A stretch of DNA of 64,000 nt from an uncultured Chloroflexia bacterium (GTDB taxonomy: Bacteria > Chloroflexota > Anaerolineae > CG2-30-64-16), in NCBI GenBank assembly GCA_963810095.1, contig CAWEMM010000002.1, positions 292,414-356,413 on the forward strand. The letters are read 5' to 3'. A program made the position numbers and the translations under genes. Of the stretch, positions 10,334-22,111 are shown piece by piece. Position 1 is the stretch's first letter. Each line of letters begins with the position of its first letter. Below the pieces are notes generated by a model that was given only the letters and a program-made list of their open reading frames with translations, had not been told where the DNA came from and made no database searches.

Positions 10334-11066
10334 TGCAGGTCCTTCATCATCTTTGCTGTCGCCGCGACGGTCTGCGCCTGCTGGTCGTCCCGCGTGATGG
10401 TCGCCTGGCCGTCGCCGCCCTGGGGTCCATAATACCCGAAACCGGCGTGATTGCCACCCTGGATTTCCAGCCACTGCGTTGCTGCGGGCAGGAGGGGCAC
10501 GGACGCCTGGATCTTGTCGGGGGTGGCCAGCCCGTCGTTCGAAGCCGAGATCGAGGCAACCTGGAGGTTGCGGCCGGCCAGGCTATTGTTGCCCGCCGGG
10601 TACGCGGCCCACAGGGCGAGGCCCTCGACCGCGTCCGGGTTATCGAAGGCGTACTTGGCGCCCATCGCGCCGCCCAGCGAGTGCCCGCCGATGGCCCAGC
10701 TTGTGATCTCTGGGTGCGCCTGGATCACGCCGCTGGCCTTGCCCGAGCCGAATACGGCCAGGTTGAAGGGCATGGGCACGATGACGGCGAGGTAACCCTG
10801 CTCCGCAAGGGCGCGGGCGGTCGGCGCGTACGAGCGATAGTCCACCCGGCCGCCGGGATAGATGACGATGCCAGTGGTGGGCTGCTGGCCGGTTGGCGTG
10901 AAGGTGAGCCAGGGCGACGTCTGCACGTCGACCCCGTTGCCGCTTTGCATGGCAACCAGCGCCTCCGGCATCGGGCCCAGGGGGGTGTAGGCCCAGATGG
11001 TGAAGGCGGCGGCGCGACGACCAGGACGATGAGCAGGACGAGCAGGATTCGTTTGAAAATGCGCAT
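10330..11066 (-). CDS. Secreted alpha/beta hydrolase (Abhydrolase_5-like), frameshift ~11010
   Basis: Signal-like MRIFKRILLVLL; YPGGRV, GGHSLGG, NDGL, GGNHAGFGYYG. Confidence 0.8.
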
Positions 11067-11129
11067 GAAAATTCCTTACTTCTGAGAGGTTGGGTTGGGA
11101 AAGAACAGCGTTTGGGACGCGAACCCATT

Positions 11130-11280
11130 TGGAACGCGAAGGCGCGAAGGGCGTCAAAGAACGCGAAGCGCGAAGCGGCGAAGGCGGACCGTTGACCGGT
11201 TCCGAACTTTGCGATCTTCGTGCTCCGTGATCTTCGGATGCTTCGCGTCTTCGCGTTCCAAACGTCTTCGCGCGATCGCG
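11130..11280. repeat. Intergenic CGCGAAG / CTTCGCG short-repeat cluster (REP-like)
   Basis: gaacgcgaaggcgcgaag...aacgcgaagcgcgaag followed by inverted cttcgcgtcttcgcg; the same motif recurs at ~53474-53498. Confidence 0.55.
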
Positions 11281-11282
11281 AT

Positions 11283-12570
11283 CTATATCGCCGGGACCGG
11301 GTCGGGCCGGACGATCAGCCGGCGCCAGGCGTAGACCACGACCCAGGCCATGATGACGGCCGCGAGGACCGCCGGCGCCCACGCGCCCACTGAGCCGAGC
11401 AGCCAACCGCCCACGGCCGGCGCGACAATGCGTGAGAGGCTTTCGAGCGCGGACGATGTGCCCAGCGCGCCGCCGATCTCTTCAGGGGCAACCGCCCGCG
11501 AAATGCCCGCGTTGATCACGGTGTTCAGTACGCCGGACGAGAACGCCATCGGGATCAGCACGATCATGAGCACGGGCACGCTGGGGGTGACGGCCCACGC
11601 GGCCATGCTGATGCCGAAGATGAGCGTGGTCCAGAAGATCAGCTTGTTCTCGGGGAAGCGCCGGGTCAGCGGGCCGATCAGCCCGCCCTGCACGATCACC
11701 GAGAGCACGCCGAGGTAGGCCAGCAGCAGCGACGTGGCCCGGGCATCCAGGCCGAGCTGCTCCTTCGCCCACAGAGTGAACATCGTCTGCAAGAGCGCCG
11801 CGGCCAGCGCGTAGAAAAGGCGGATTTGGAGCAGCGGACCGACGCGCGGGTCGCGACAGGGCTTGCCACATCGCCGTGAAGCTAATCAGGGGCCGTTTGA
11901 GCCCCGCCAGTTTTTCCCTGATTTCGGCCGTCAGCGATTCGGGCAGGGTCAGGAAGATGCCGACCAGGTTGATCGTGGCCAGCGCTGCCGCGACAAACGC
12001 CGGCACCGCGTAGCCAAACTGGCTCAGCAGGCCGCCCATCGCGGGGCCGATGATGAAGCCGAGCCCAAACGCCGCGCCGATCAAGCCCAGGCCCTTGGCG
12101 CGGTTCTGTGCGTCGGTCACGTCCGAGATGTACGCCTGCGCCACGGTGATGTTGCCCCCGGTCAGGCCGGCCAGCATGCGCGACAGGAACATGACGCCCA
12201 GGATGGTGGCATTCGTCAGCGCGGTCATCTGCTCGGTCGACGCGTTCTGCAGGGGCAGCGATGCGAGCCAGCGCCCGAGCGGGTCGGCAAAACCGAGGAT
12301 CAAGAACCCGAGCGCGGTGCCCGCGATGCTGATCATCAGCACGGGGCGCCGGCCGTAGCGGTCTGACAGGCGGCCGAGCAGCGGCGCGCCGATGAACTGC
12401 GCGAGCGCATACGAGGCGGCCAGCAGGCCCACGACGAAGTCGCTGGCGCCGTACTGCCCCGCGTAGAACGGCAGCAGCGGCAGGATCAGGCCGAAGCCCA
12501 ACAGGTCGATGAAGACGACGAGAAAGATGTTGATCAGGCTTCCGGTCCCCCGGCTCTGGCGTCCCCTCAT
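11283..12570 (-). CDS. MFS transporter, TetA/DHA1 family (frameshift ~11850)
   Basis: FIDLLGFGLILPLLP, GRLSDRYGRRP motif A, GAAFGLGFIIGP motif C. Confidence 0.85.
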
Positions 12571-13412
12571 AAGGTCCCTTGCTCCTCCCCATAGGGGCGG
12601 GCCGCCGTCTCGGTACGGCCCCCCGCCCTGTCCCCGAATACGCGCCTGCTCCACCGTCTGACTGCGGCATTGTCGGTGGCCAGGAACAGCACCATGCCAA
12701 ACACGATCAGCATGTTAGTCAGCCCGAAAAAGATGAACTCTTCGATGGGCAGCACCCCGCCCAGCATGATCCCCACCGACTGGTTCGGGTCGATGGTCCA
12801 GGTGCCCGCGCCGAGCGCGACCGTGTCGACGAGCGACAGATAGAGCCACGGCGGAACCAGGCCGAGCAAGACCAGCTTGCGGTTATGCCACAGGGCATCC
12901 CCGCCCGCCAGCATCTGCGGGATCACCGGGATGAGCAGCCAGCCCACTTCGAGCGCCAGGTAGGTGCCCGGCGCCCAACCCGAGAAGAACAGCGCGACGG
13001 AGGCGAGCACCAGCAGGGTGACGAACGCGGCGCCCAGCTTGCGCAGGCCGGGGCGGTGCGGAATAGGTGTTGGCGCGGGCTTCAGATGCCGGCCCAGCCA
13101 CAGGACCCACAAGCCGGTCAGCAGCGTCTGCACGACGAAGAAGGTGTACTCCTCGATAGGAACCCACCCGAGCGTGATGCCGGTCACCAGGTCCGGGTTG
13201 TAGAACCAGACGCCCGTTGCCACCAGGTAGTTGTCCCAGGGCGTAGTCCAGACGACGGCCGCGATGCAGTGTGCCAGGATGGCGAACCAACCGGGCATAC
13301 CCTGCAGCGACTCGGGCATTCGCCGGCCCCGGCGGGCATCCCACACCGTCAGCGCGATCATGATCAGCAGCGGCACGCCGATGAAGCGGAGCAAAAAGCC
13401 GAAATAGGTCAT
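12567..13412 (-). CDS. Lycopene cyclase, CrtYcd-type duplicated membrane domain
   Basis: Two repeats with TTPWDNYLV...GVWFY...PIEEYTFF and D...GTWTI...PIEEFIFF. Confidence 0.85.
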   Translation of the reverse strand: MTYFGFLLRFIGVPLLIMIALTVWDARRGRRMPESLQGMPGWFAILAHCIAAVVWTTPWDNYLVATGVWFYNPDLVTGITLGWVPIEEYTFFVVQTLLTGLWVLWLGRHLKPAPTPIPHRPGLRKLGAAFVTLLVLASVALFFSGWAPGTYLALEVGWLLIPVIPQMLAGGDALWHNRKLVLLGLVPPWLYLSLVDTVALGAGTWTIDPNQSVGIMLGGVLPIEEFIFFGLTNMLIVFGMVLFLATDNAAVRRWSRRVFGDRAGGRTETAARPYGEEQGTL

Positions 13413-13421
13413 GATGTGATC

Positions 13422-14312
13422 TTACCCCTGCGTCCCCGGACCGCGGCGGCCAGGCAGCGGCAGCGTCGCCGGCACGGTCTGGATCGACATGGGCGCGTCG
13501 TGCGCCGGCCGGCGCAGGACCCGGCGCACGCCCTCGCGCAGCGCACCGCCCGCCATCTGCAGCATGCCGAACTCCGAGACGAGCAACCCGCTCTTGCCGT
13601 CGGTGGCCGGCGATGCAAGCCAAACCACCTTCTCGGCCGGCGCCTCGGGCGGCTTGGCCCACATGCGAACAATCGTCGGCATCACGTCGAGCTTCCTCTC
13701 ATAGCCGGACACCACCTGGATATCCGTGAGCAGCTCGGTCGTCATCATGCCGGGGTTGATCGCGAAAATACCCACGCCCGAGTCCTTGTAGTCGGCGGAC
13801 AGATTGACCGTGAAGGCCCGCATCCACGCCTTGCTCGACGCGTACGCCGTCTGCATCTCCGACTTACGCCCGTCCCAGCCGCGGCCCAATACATTGATCA
13901 GCTTGCCGCGGCCCGCGGCGAGGAACGCGGTCATCGCGACCAGCGCGCCGTTGTAGGTGCCGACGATGTTGGTGTTCACCACACGCAGAAACGCGCTCGG
14001 CGGGACGTGCATGAGCGGTCCGTAGGCTGTCGTCCAGCCCGCGTTGTTGATCCACACGTCGAAGCGTCCGTAGATGCGGGTGGCGTGCTCGCCCAGCGCC
14101 TCGACCTGTTCGAGTTGGCTGACGTCGCACGCGAGCCCGTCCGCCGTGATGCCTTTGCTGCGCAGCTCACGGACGACCGCGTCGACGGCCTCAGACGTGC
14201 GTGAGCTGACAACCACCCGCGCGCCTTCCCGCCCGCACGCCTGCGCAATCGCCAGCCCAAACCCCCGCGTGCTGCCCGTGATTACGATGACCTTGTCCTG
14301 TAACACACCCAT
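13422..14312 (-). CDS. SDR family oxidoreductase
   Basis: VITGSTRGFG, WINNAG, YASSK; start MGVLQD at 14312. Confidence 0.85.
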   Translation of the reverse strand: MGVLQDKVIVITGSTRGFGLAIAQACGREGARVVVSSRTSEAVDAVVRELRSKGITADGLACDVSQLEQVEALGEHATRIYGRFDVWINNAGWTTAYGPLMHVPPSAFLRVVNTNIVGTYNGALVAMTAFLAAGRGKLINVLGRGWDGRKSEMQTAYASSKAWMRAFTVNLSADYKDSGVGIFAINPGMMTTELLTDIQVVSGYERKLDVMPTIVRMWAKPPEAPAEKVVWLASPATDGKSGLLVSEFGMLQMAGGALREGVRRVLRRPAHDAPMSIQTVPATLPLPGRRGPGTQG

Positions 14313-14421
14313 GTTCCGCTTGCCCCCCCATCCTGAACCGGTCGCAGCGGTGGGGGCGAGGCAGCGGTCGTTCCACTGCCTCGCCCCCACGAGCCTCTGC
14401 GTCGCTCTGCGCCCTCTGCGG

Positions 14422-15372
14422 CTATCCGTCTTTCGTCGCGCCGTCCAGCCGGGCGACTTCCTCATCCGTTAGCCGCCAGCCCAGGGCACCTGCATTCTGC
14501 TCCGCCTGGCGCGCGTTCTTTGCGCCCGGGATCGGCACCGCACCCTTGCAGATCAGCCAGTTCAAGGCCACCTGCGCGTGCGTCTTGCTACCCTCCGGCC
14601 CAGAGGCGTGCGCCTCCCCGATCTCCTTCAGGATCGCATTGACCCGCTCCGCATCCTCCAGGGCTTTGCCGCGGAACAGCCGGCTGCGCGTGCCGGGCGG
14701 CGGGTTCTGGCGATTGTACTTGCCCGTGAGCAGCCCCTTACGCAGCGGGCTGTACGCGATCAGGGTCACGCCGAGTTCACGGGCCGCCTGGGCCAGGCCG
14801 CTGGTTTCCGGCTTGCGCTCCAGCAGGCTGTACTCCACCTGGTTCGTGGCAAGCGGGATCCCGCGTTTTGCCAGCACCGCGTGCGCCTTGCGCATCTGCT
14901 CCACGTTGTAGTTGCTCACGCCCACGGCCCGGGTGAACTTACCGTGCACGGCATCGGCCAGGCCGTCGGCCCAGGTCTCGACCGAGCGCGGCGGCAGCGG
15001 GAAGTGAACCTGGTACAGGTCGACGCGCGGCATGCCCAGACGTTCGAGGCTGGCCTTCAGCGCGTCCAGGAGCTTGCCTTTCGACAGACGCCAGGGAAGC
15101 GGTGCGAACTTCGTCGCAATGACGGGCGGGTTCGTCCGGTCGATGAACTGGCCCAGGTACCGCTCCGACTTCCCGCGGCCGTATAGCTCGGCCGTGTCGA
15201 AGAAGTTGATGCCCGCGGCAATGGCCGCATCGTACGCGGCGCGGATTTCGGCCTCGCCGTATCCGCTGCCGTAGTTCCACATCATCGTATCGCCCCACTG
15301 CCAGGCGCCGAGGCCGACGGCAGTGACGCGGAGGTCCGTTTTCCCGAGTGGGACGAGATCAAGATCTGGCAT
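14422..15372 (-). CDS. Aldo/keto reductase
   Basis: GLGAWQWG, FFDTAELYG, IATK, DLYQVH, GVSNY, AYSPL, PIPGAK. Confidence 0.9.
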   Translation of the reverse strand: MPDLDLVPLGKTDLRVTAVGLGAWQWGDTMMWNYGSGYGEAEIRAAYDAAIAAGINFFDTAELYGRGKSERYLGQFIDRTNPPVIATKFAPLPWRLSKGKLLDALKASLERLGMPRVDLYQVHFPLPPRSVETWADGLADAVHGKFTRAVGVSNYNVEQMRKAHAVLAKRGIPLATNQVEYSLLERKPETSGLAQAARELGVTLIAYSPLRKGLLTGKYNRQNPPPGTRSRLFRGKALEDAERVNAILKEIGEAHASGPEGSKTHAQVALNWLICKGAVPIPGAKNARQAEQNAGALGWRLTDEEVARLDGATKDG

Positions 15373-15374
15373 GG

Positions 15375-16316
15375 TTACATCTCCAGGCTTTCGATCGCCT
15401 CGCGCACCGTTTTTGCGCTGTCACGCAAGGCAGCATTTTCCTGAGGGCTTAGCGCAATGGGCAGGGTCGCGATGACCCCTTGCCCGCCCACGAGCTGCGG
15501 GAGCGAGACAGTGACGTCCTTCACGCCGGCTACTTCGGCCTGGGGCGTGCAGACGGTCAGGATCGCCCGCTGATCGTGCAGGATGACGTCGACAATACGC
15601 GCGAGCGCCGCTCCGATGCCGTAGTAAGTCGCCCCTTTTGCTGCAATGATAGACTTGCCGGCAAACCGCACCCGCTGGTCAATGTCGGCCTGGAGTTCTG
15701 CGCCAATCGTCATCCCGCGCATCTCGTAGTACTCGACCAGGTGCACGCCGCCCACGGTCACAATCGACCAGGTCAGCACCTGCGAGTCGCCGTGCTCGCC
15801 CAGCACGTAGCCGTGCACATGCCGTGCATCGACGCCAAGGTGGTCGCTCAGCAGGGCCCGGAAGCGCGCCGTATCCAGCGTCGTGCCCGAGCCGATGATG
15901 CGGGACGAGGGCACGCCCGCCCGGGCGGCGAAGTGCGCGGTCAGGTGCGTGGTTACGTCGACCGGGTTGGTCGCGATCACCAGCACCGCGTCCGACGCAT
16001 ATTCGAGCACCTGCGGGACGACCTCGCGGAAGATCGCGGCGTTGCGTTGGAGTAGCTGCGTTCGGGTCTCGCCCGGCTGGCGGTTCACGCCGGCCGCGAT
16101 CACGACGACGTGGCTGCCCGCCAGGCTTTTGTAGTCGCCCGCATAGATGTCGAGCGGGTTCGCGAAGGGCACCGCGTGCGAAATATCGTCGGCCTGCGCC
16201 TGCGCCCGCTCGCGGCTGACGTCCACCATCACGATCTCGCGGCCCACGTTGCTCATCACCATCGCGTAGGCCGCGGTGCTGCCCACGAGCCCGGCACCCA
16301 CCACACCGACCTTCAT
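15375..16316 (-). CDS. ldh: L-lactate dehydrogenase
   Basis: [47 protein letters not shown]. Confidence 0.9.
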   Translation of the reverse strand: MKVGVVGAGLVGSTAAYAMVMSNVGREIVMVDVSRERAQAQADDISHAVPFANPLDIYAGDYKSLAGSHVVVIAAGVNRQPGETRTQLLQRNAAIFREVVPQVLEYASDAVLVIATNPVDVTTHLTAHFAARAGVPSSRIIGSGTTLDTARFRALLSDHLGVDARHVHGYVLGEHGDSQVLTWSIVTVGGVHLVEYYEMRGMTIGAELQADIDQRVRFAGKSIIAAKGATYYGIGAALARIVDVILHDQRAILTVCTPQAEVAGVKDVTVSLPQLVGGQGVIATLPIALSPQENAALRDSAKTVREAIESLEM

Positions 16317-16418
16317 CCCGCGCCTCCTTCAGACGACAGTCTTTCCCAAGCACTCATCGGGCTTTTCGCTCGACTTGCGCCGGACAGGAACGGATCGCCT
16401 TTGTGAAAATCGGCGTTA

Positions 16419-17941
16419 TTATACATCATGCGTTTGACCCGCCGGCCCCAGAGCCAGTCGCACTGCTGAGCGGCCGCCGACGGCCGCCCGGAGCGCACGG
16501 GACACCCGCAAGCCGCCCAGCGCCGTGGCCAGGATCGATTGCCCCGGAAAGATGCTGTCACCCACAAGCCACAGCCCGTCGCCAATACGAGGGGCCCAGG
16601 CCCGAAACAACGACGTCTGCGGGAAGCCGCCCACCCACCCCAGCGAGCGGCTCGTGTAGCGCTGGAACGTCACGGGCGTGCCGGGGAGCACGAGCCGGGC
16701 GGCCGTGTGAAGCCCGGGCAGCGCGACCTCCGCCGCCCGCAGGACGCGCTCGGTGTAATCGGCCTTGCGCGCCTCGTAGGCGGGGCGGTCCCGCTCAAAC
16801 AGGTCCCACCAGGGGCGCAGGTCCGTGTGCGTGCTGATGGTCAGGGCGCGGTGCCCGGCCGGCGCGCGGGCGGCGTCGCCTGGAAGGCTGAGCGAAAGAA
16901 AGACGCTGTTACCCTCGCCCAGCGGCTCCGCCAGCAGCACCTGTTGGTGGAGCGCGACGTCTGCGGGGAGGATCGAGTCGTCCAGCCCAACGTAGAGCAT
17001 GAACGCACCCCACCCGTCGGCCGGGCGACGACCTGCGCGCAAGCCGCGGGCGCGGCCGCGCCCATCAGCCCGGCCGCATCCCACGGCGGCAGGTTGAATA
17101 TCACTTGGTCGGCCGGGAAGTCTGCGCCGCGCGCCGTGGACACCCGGTAGCCGCGGCCCACCCGTTCGACCGCGGTCACCCGCTGCCGGTAGAGCACCTG
17201 CCCTCCGGATGCACGAATCGATCCGACCAGGGTCTCGCCGATCTTGCCGATGCCCCCGCGTACGTGCGCGACGCCCCGCCGGGGCATATCCAGCGCAGCC
17301 GCGCCGTACAGCGCGTTGGCCCGCTCTGACGTCGCCTGCGCCGCGATCAGAAGTTGGCCGTCGACGTACTGGCGCAGCGCAGCGGGTACGCCCTCGAGAT
17401 GTACGCGCATACTGCGGATGGCATCGAGGCCGAGCCCCGGAAGTCGGATGGGATCAGCACCTGCAACCCCAACGCCGGCGCGTACCAACGCGGCGGCTTC
17501 CTGCGCGTTCTGCGGCGGCCACGGCGCCCCGCCCAGCGCGACCTGCCACAGGCGGTCGGCCGTGAGTTCTTGCCAGCGCCAAAAAGCCTCGGCGGGTGCC
17601 CCAAAGGCCATGATGCGTTCTGCCTGCCACTTGCCCGGGTCCGACCAACGCGTGATTGTCTGCCCGCCGGGCAGGTGCACTTGCATGGCGATCTCGGCCG
17701 GCTCGACCGGCCAGGTGATTCCGAGCGCTTCGCCTAGTCCGCTCATGCCACCGCCCGGCTCGAACCCGGCCGAGAGCGTCGCGCCCGCGTCGAAACGGTA
17801 GCCGCCGTGATAGAAGGTGCCCGCGCAGCCGCCCGGGTACACGTGCGCCTCGAGGACGGTCACGTCCATTCCTGCCTTGGCCAGCAGCGCAGCCGCGCTC
17901 AAGCCACCAATGCCGGCCCCAATCACGACGACCTTTGTCAT
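16419..17941 (-). CDS. Carotenoid desaturase, C-3',4' desaturase CrtD-like (frameshift ~17040)
   Basis: [54 protein letters not shown]. Confidence 0.75.
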
Positions 17942-18381
17942 GCGGGCTCGAGGAGCGCACGGGTTCGCCGCGCACGGAAGGCAAACAGAAAGGGCATCCC
18001 CAGCCACATCAGCCGGCCGACGACGGCCCAAAACGGGTGTGGACTGTAGGTGGCTTCCACCCGGTCCACGACATCCGTCGCCCGGTCGCCGGCGCGCTCG
18101 AACCCGTGCCGGTGCGTCCATGACCCAAACGGGCCGCGCACCTGCCGGTCGGTGAAGCCGCGCTCGGACGCGTCCTCGATGGATGCGAGCCACCGGATGG
18201 GGACCGGTCCCGCCCAGAGCGTAAAATCCATCCGGTCGCCACTCTTCAGCTCGGCCGGCGCCGCGTGGACGCGTACGACTATGGGCGGAGGCGTGATGGC
18301 CGCCATGCTCGCCGCCTGCCGGTGAAACGCCGCTACTTCTTCCACAGACGCCCGCACTCGAAACCGATGCTCAAATCTCAC
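17938..18381 (-). CDS. SRPBCC (START-like) family protein
   Basis: FH...ITPP...[19 protein letters not shown] pattern. Confidence 0.8.
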   Translation of the reverse strand: MRFEHRFRVRASVEEVAAFHRQAASMAAITPPPIVVRVHAAPAELKSGDRMDFTLWAGPVPIRWLASIEDASERGFTDRQVRGPFGSWTHRHGFERAGDRATDVVDRVEATYSPHPFWAVVGRLMWLGMPFLFAFRARRTRALLEPA

Positions 18382-18465
18382 TACGGTAACTCCTCAATAG
18401 CACGCTGATTCGACTGATCTGAATGATTCACGTGATCTGCCTGGAAGATCAGAAGCTTACTCCGA

Positions 18466-19401
18466 TTAATTCGATCTGCGTCCCATCAAATCCCTCAAGG
18501 CGGCTTCGGCGGTGGGGAACTTGAACTTGTAGCCCAGGTCCAGCAGCTTCTTGGGCAGCGCCCGCTGGCCCTCCAGGACGGTGGATGCTACTTCGCCCAG
18601 CGCGGCGCGCAGTGCGAAGCCCGGGACGGGCAGCCAATAGGGGCGGCCGAGGACGCGGGCGAGCGTGACGCCGAATTGGGCGTAGGTCGACGCTTCGGGT
18701 GCAACCAGGTTGACCGGCCCGCTCGCAGCTTCGTTTTCGATCAGGAAGCGGATCGCCGCCACTTCGTCTGCCGGGTGAACCCAGGCGAAGCCCTGCTTGC
18801 CGCTGCCCATGGGGCCGCCGGCAAAGAGCTTGAACGGCAGCAGGAGCCGCTTAAGTGCGCCTTCGTCCGGGCTTAGCACCACCCCCGAACGGATGGAGAC
18901 ATGGCGCACGCCCATTTTCGTCACTGCGGCCGTACTCGCTTCCCAGTCCACCGTCACCCGCGCCAGAAAATCGTCGCCGGGCGGGTCCGCCTCGGTCAAC
19001 AGCTTGTCCGCGCGTGAGCCGTAGTGGCCGATGCCAGACGACTGGATGACCACCTGAGGCTTGACGGTCGCCTGCTCGACCGCCTGCACGACCGCTTTGC
19101 CCGCGTCCAGCCTGCTATCGAGAATGCGTTTCTTGCGTTCGTCCGTCCACCGCGAAGGCAGGAAGCCCTCGCCCGCCAGGTTCTCGCCGGCGAGGTTGAC
19201 GATCGCCCGGGCCCCTTCCGCCAACGCCCCCCAACCGATGCCCGTGCGCGCGTCCCAGCGCTCGATGCGCACCCGCTCTGGCAGCCCGTTGGCCGTGTCG
19301 GGGTGGCGCGACAACGCCACGACTTCGTATCCGTGCGCCAACAGCTCTTCTGCGAGCTGCCGCCCGATGAAACCGGTCCCCCCGGTGATAATGACGCGCA
19401 T
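18466..19401 (-). CDS. TIGR01777-family epimerase-like oxidoreductase
   Basis: ITGGTGFIG, VNLAGEN, RWTDERK, GPMGSGKQ, WVH, GPVNLVAP, GQRALPKKL. Confidence 0.9.
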   Translation of the reverse strand: MRVIITGGTGFIGRQLAEELLAHGYEVVALSRHPDTANGLPERVRIERWDARTGIGWGALAEGARAIVNLAGENLAGEGFLPSRWTDERKKRILDSRLDAGKAVVQAVEQATVKPQVVIQSSGIGHYGSRADKLLTEADPPGDDFLARVTVDWEASTAAVTKMGVRHVSIRSGVVLSPDEGALKRLLLPFKLFAGGPMGSGKQGFAWVHPADEVAAIRFLIENEAASGPVNLVAPEASTYAQFGVTLARVLGRPYWLPVPGFALRAALGEVASTVLEGQRALPKKLLDLGYKFKFPTAEAALRDLMGRRSN

Positions 19402-19432
19402 GGCTGGCTCCTCGTACTGGTCTTTGCCGTTC

Positions 19433-19479
19433 AACTATTGACAAAACTATAACACGTTGTAGAGGTTTTGTCAATAGTT
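19433..19479 (-). promoter_or_regulatory. sigma70 promoter inside a perfect 15-bp inverted repeat, with TnnACA 11-bp repeats
   Basis: AACTATTGACAAAAC-N17-GTTTTGTCAATAGTT. On the minus strand: TTGACA(19469-74)-N17-TATAGT(19446-51), with TTGACA and TCTACA 11 bp apart. Confidence 0.75.
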
Positions 19480-19676
19480 TGATCGAGATTGGGTGTATGG
19501 AGGACACGGATAAGCGGAGGAGTTCGTGGAGCCGGGGAACCGCAGTCGCACTCGCGCGGCTGGATGACGCGGCGTGAAATGGGACACTGATTGAACGGAT
19601 GAGACTGATTCACCTGATCTCTTTTAGAAAGACAGTGCGGATCAGTTCAATCAGTGGCATCAGCGTCCCATTCCGC

Positions 19677-22084
19677 TCAGGAATACGCCAGCGCCTCACG
19701 GACGCTGATCCGCGCCGCGCCCCGCGCCGGCCAGACGGCGGCACACGCCGCGATTGCGACCACCAGCGCCAGCCAAACGGCAACAGCGAGCCAGTTGTAC
19801 GAGAAATCCAGGTCGATGTTCAACATCACCTGCCCCATCAGGCGGGCGAGTGGCCGGGCGAGGACGAAGGAGAGCGGCACGGCGACGAGGAAGCTCAGCA
19901 CCCCCTGCAGCACGCCCTCGGTCACGAAGATCCCCATGAGGGTCCGGGATCGCGCGCCGATTGCGCGCAGGACGCCGATCTCGCGGGTGCGCTCGACCAC
20001 GCTGATGCTCATGCTACCCGCCAGCCCGATCCCGCCGACCGTCGCCACGAGCGCGGCGAGCCCGATCAGCATGCCGACCACGGTGCCGAATTGGTTGGCA
20101 GCGTAGTCGCGCTCCTCCTGCTTAACGCACTGGTGTAGAAGTCGACCTTCATGCCCGCAGCTTCGTAGCGCGAGCGCAGCTCGTCCGACACCGCCCGACT
20201 GCCTGCGAGCGTCTTGTCGGTCGTGGTGACCAGCAGTTGGCTTGCCACGTTGGACTTGCCCGTAGCATCGAGCATCGCGTCGAGCGGCGCATAGAGCGGC
20301 TCGACGACGAATCCCGTGTCGTACACCACCCGATACAGCCCCACGACTCGCCACGCGGCCTCGCCGAGCTCGCCCAGGTTGAGCGTGATCTCCTCGCCCA
20401 CCTTGATGCCGTTCTTCTGGGCCGTCTCGGCGCTCAGCACGACGGCCCGGCCGTCGCCGGGTGCCAGCCACCGGCCCTCGACCACCAGGGGGCGCTGCAT
20501 CTGAGTTTGCGGCGGCAGGCCGGTCAGCTGGGCGCCGAGCCCCGCCGAGTCCTGCACCCTCTCGCCCGAGCGCAGCAGCGTGGCATTGCGGCTGTACCAC
20601 GTCTCGACGGCCGACGTGCCCGGGGTTTCCCTCGCAATCCGTTCGACCTCGTCCGCGGCCTGCTCCTGCGTGAAGCCCACCTTCACGTCATAACCGCGCC
20701 GGGCCACGTCGTTGTCCAACGTCGTCTGAATGGAGGCGATGAGGCTCATGACGACCAGGAACATCGCGCCGGCCACGGCCAGGACGAACACGGTCAGGGC
20801 CAGGCGGCCCTTGCGGCGGAACAGGTTCCCGACGCTCGCGGCATAGGCGGGTGGCAGCAGCCTCCCTCCGACGCGCTCCACTGCCCGGTCAAGCGCGTTC
20901 GAGCCGAAGTCTGCGCCGATCCCGTAGGTGGCGATGGCCTGGCGCACGCTGATGGCCGCGCCTTTGAGCGTGGGCCAGAGCGCCGCCAGCAGGGGCGCGG
21001 CCAGCGCCGCCGCGGCCAGCACGATGATTGAGCCGCGTGAGACTTGGAACGTCTCATAATCGATGTTGAACAGGCGCAGGTAGGTCTTGGCCATGAAGTA
21101 GGCGAAGGCCGCGCCGATGGGAAGGGCAATGACGAGCGCCAGCAGCCCCATGATCAGCGCGCCGGCCAGGTAGAGCCGGACGATGCTGCCACTCTGCCCG
21201 CCGATCGCCTTGATGACGCCGATCTGGTCGGTCTGCTGGGTGATCAGCGCGGTGAACGTGTTCAGCACCAGGATCACGCTCATGAGGAGCGCGACGACGG
21301 CCATGATCTGGAGGACCAGGTTCACGCCTTCGAGGAACTTGCGCCCCCAATGACGCTCGGGGTCCTGGTACAGCGTCACGACGACGCCGTAGCCTTTCTC
21401 TCCCAGGCGCTGACGCAACTCGCCGGCCACGTCTTGGGCCCGCCTAAGGCTGTAGTCGTCGACCCGCACCAGCAGCTGGCCGAACCGGCCGGTGGGCACA
21501 CCGAACTCGGCCAGGCCCTGCGGGCTCGCAAAGAAGTGCGCCTGCCCGCCGAACGGCGGCGGCTGGACAAAGGGGTGGCGGATCAAGCCGTCGACGGCGA
21601 ACTCCCGCGCCTTGCCGCCGACCTCCAGGACGATTTTGTCGCCCGGCGCCACGCCCCAGTGCTCGCTCGTCAGCCGCTCGACGCCGAGCCCCAGCCCGGC
21701 GGGCCAGTTCCCCGCCTTGAGTTCGAGCTTGTCATAAGTCTGGTTGGTGTAATCAGGCCGCTCGACCAGCGTTCCGGTCTTCCACTCGGCGTCGCCCACG
21801 TCCAGCCTGTAACGCACGGTGATCTGGTTGACCGGCTCGACGTCGAGCACCCCCGGCGTCGTCTTGAGGTCGTCGACCACCGCCTGGTCCACGTAGTTGC
21901 GCAGGATGATGCTGATGTGTGAAGGCTGCACGGCTCGGTGCGCCGCATCCATCGTCGACAGCAGTTGGTCGAGCAGACCGAAGATCCCGCCGATGGTGAT
22001 CAGGCCCGCTGCGATGCTGATGACTGCCAGGAGCGTGCGCGCCTTGTTGTGCCAGAGGTCGAACGGCACCTTCCGCCACAGCAC
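19677..22084 (-). CDS. ABC transporter permease, FtsX/MacB-like duplicated (frameshift ~20120)
   Basis: Two halves, each with a large extracytoplasmic domain: QQTDQIGVIKAIG and ERTREIGVLRAIGA. Confidence 0.85.
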
Positions 22085-22111
22085 ACGCTCTCCGGTGCAC
22101 CTGGCGCACGC

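Noticed and set aside
11283-12570. Tetracycline resistance gene
   Set aside because: Only family-level TetA/DHA1 motifs; no tetR or mobile context, so the substrate is unknown.
16401-16425. Rex operator upstream of ldh (TTGTGAA)
   Set aside because: Only one half-site; the TTCACAA arm is absent.
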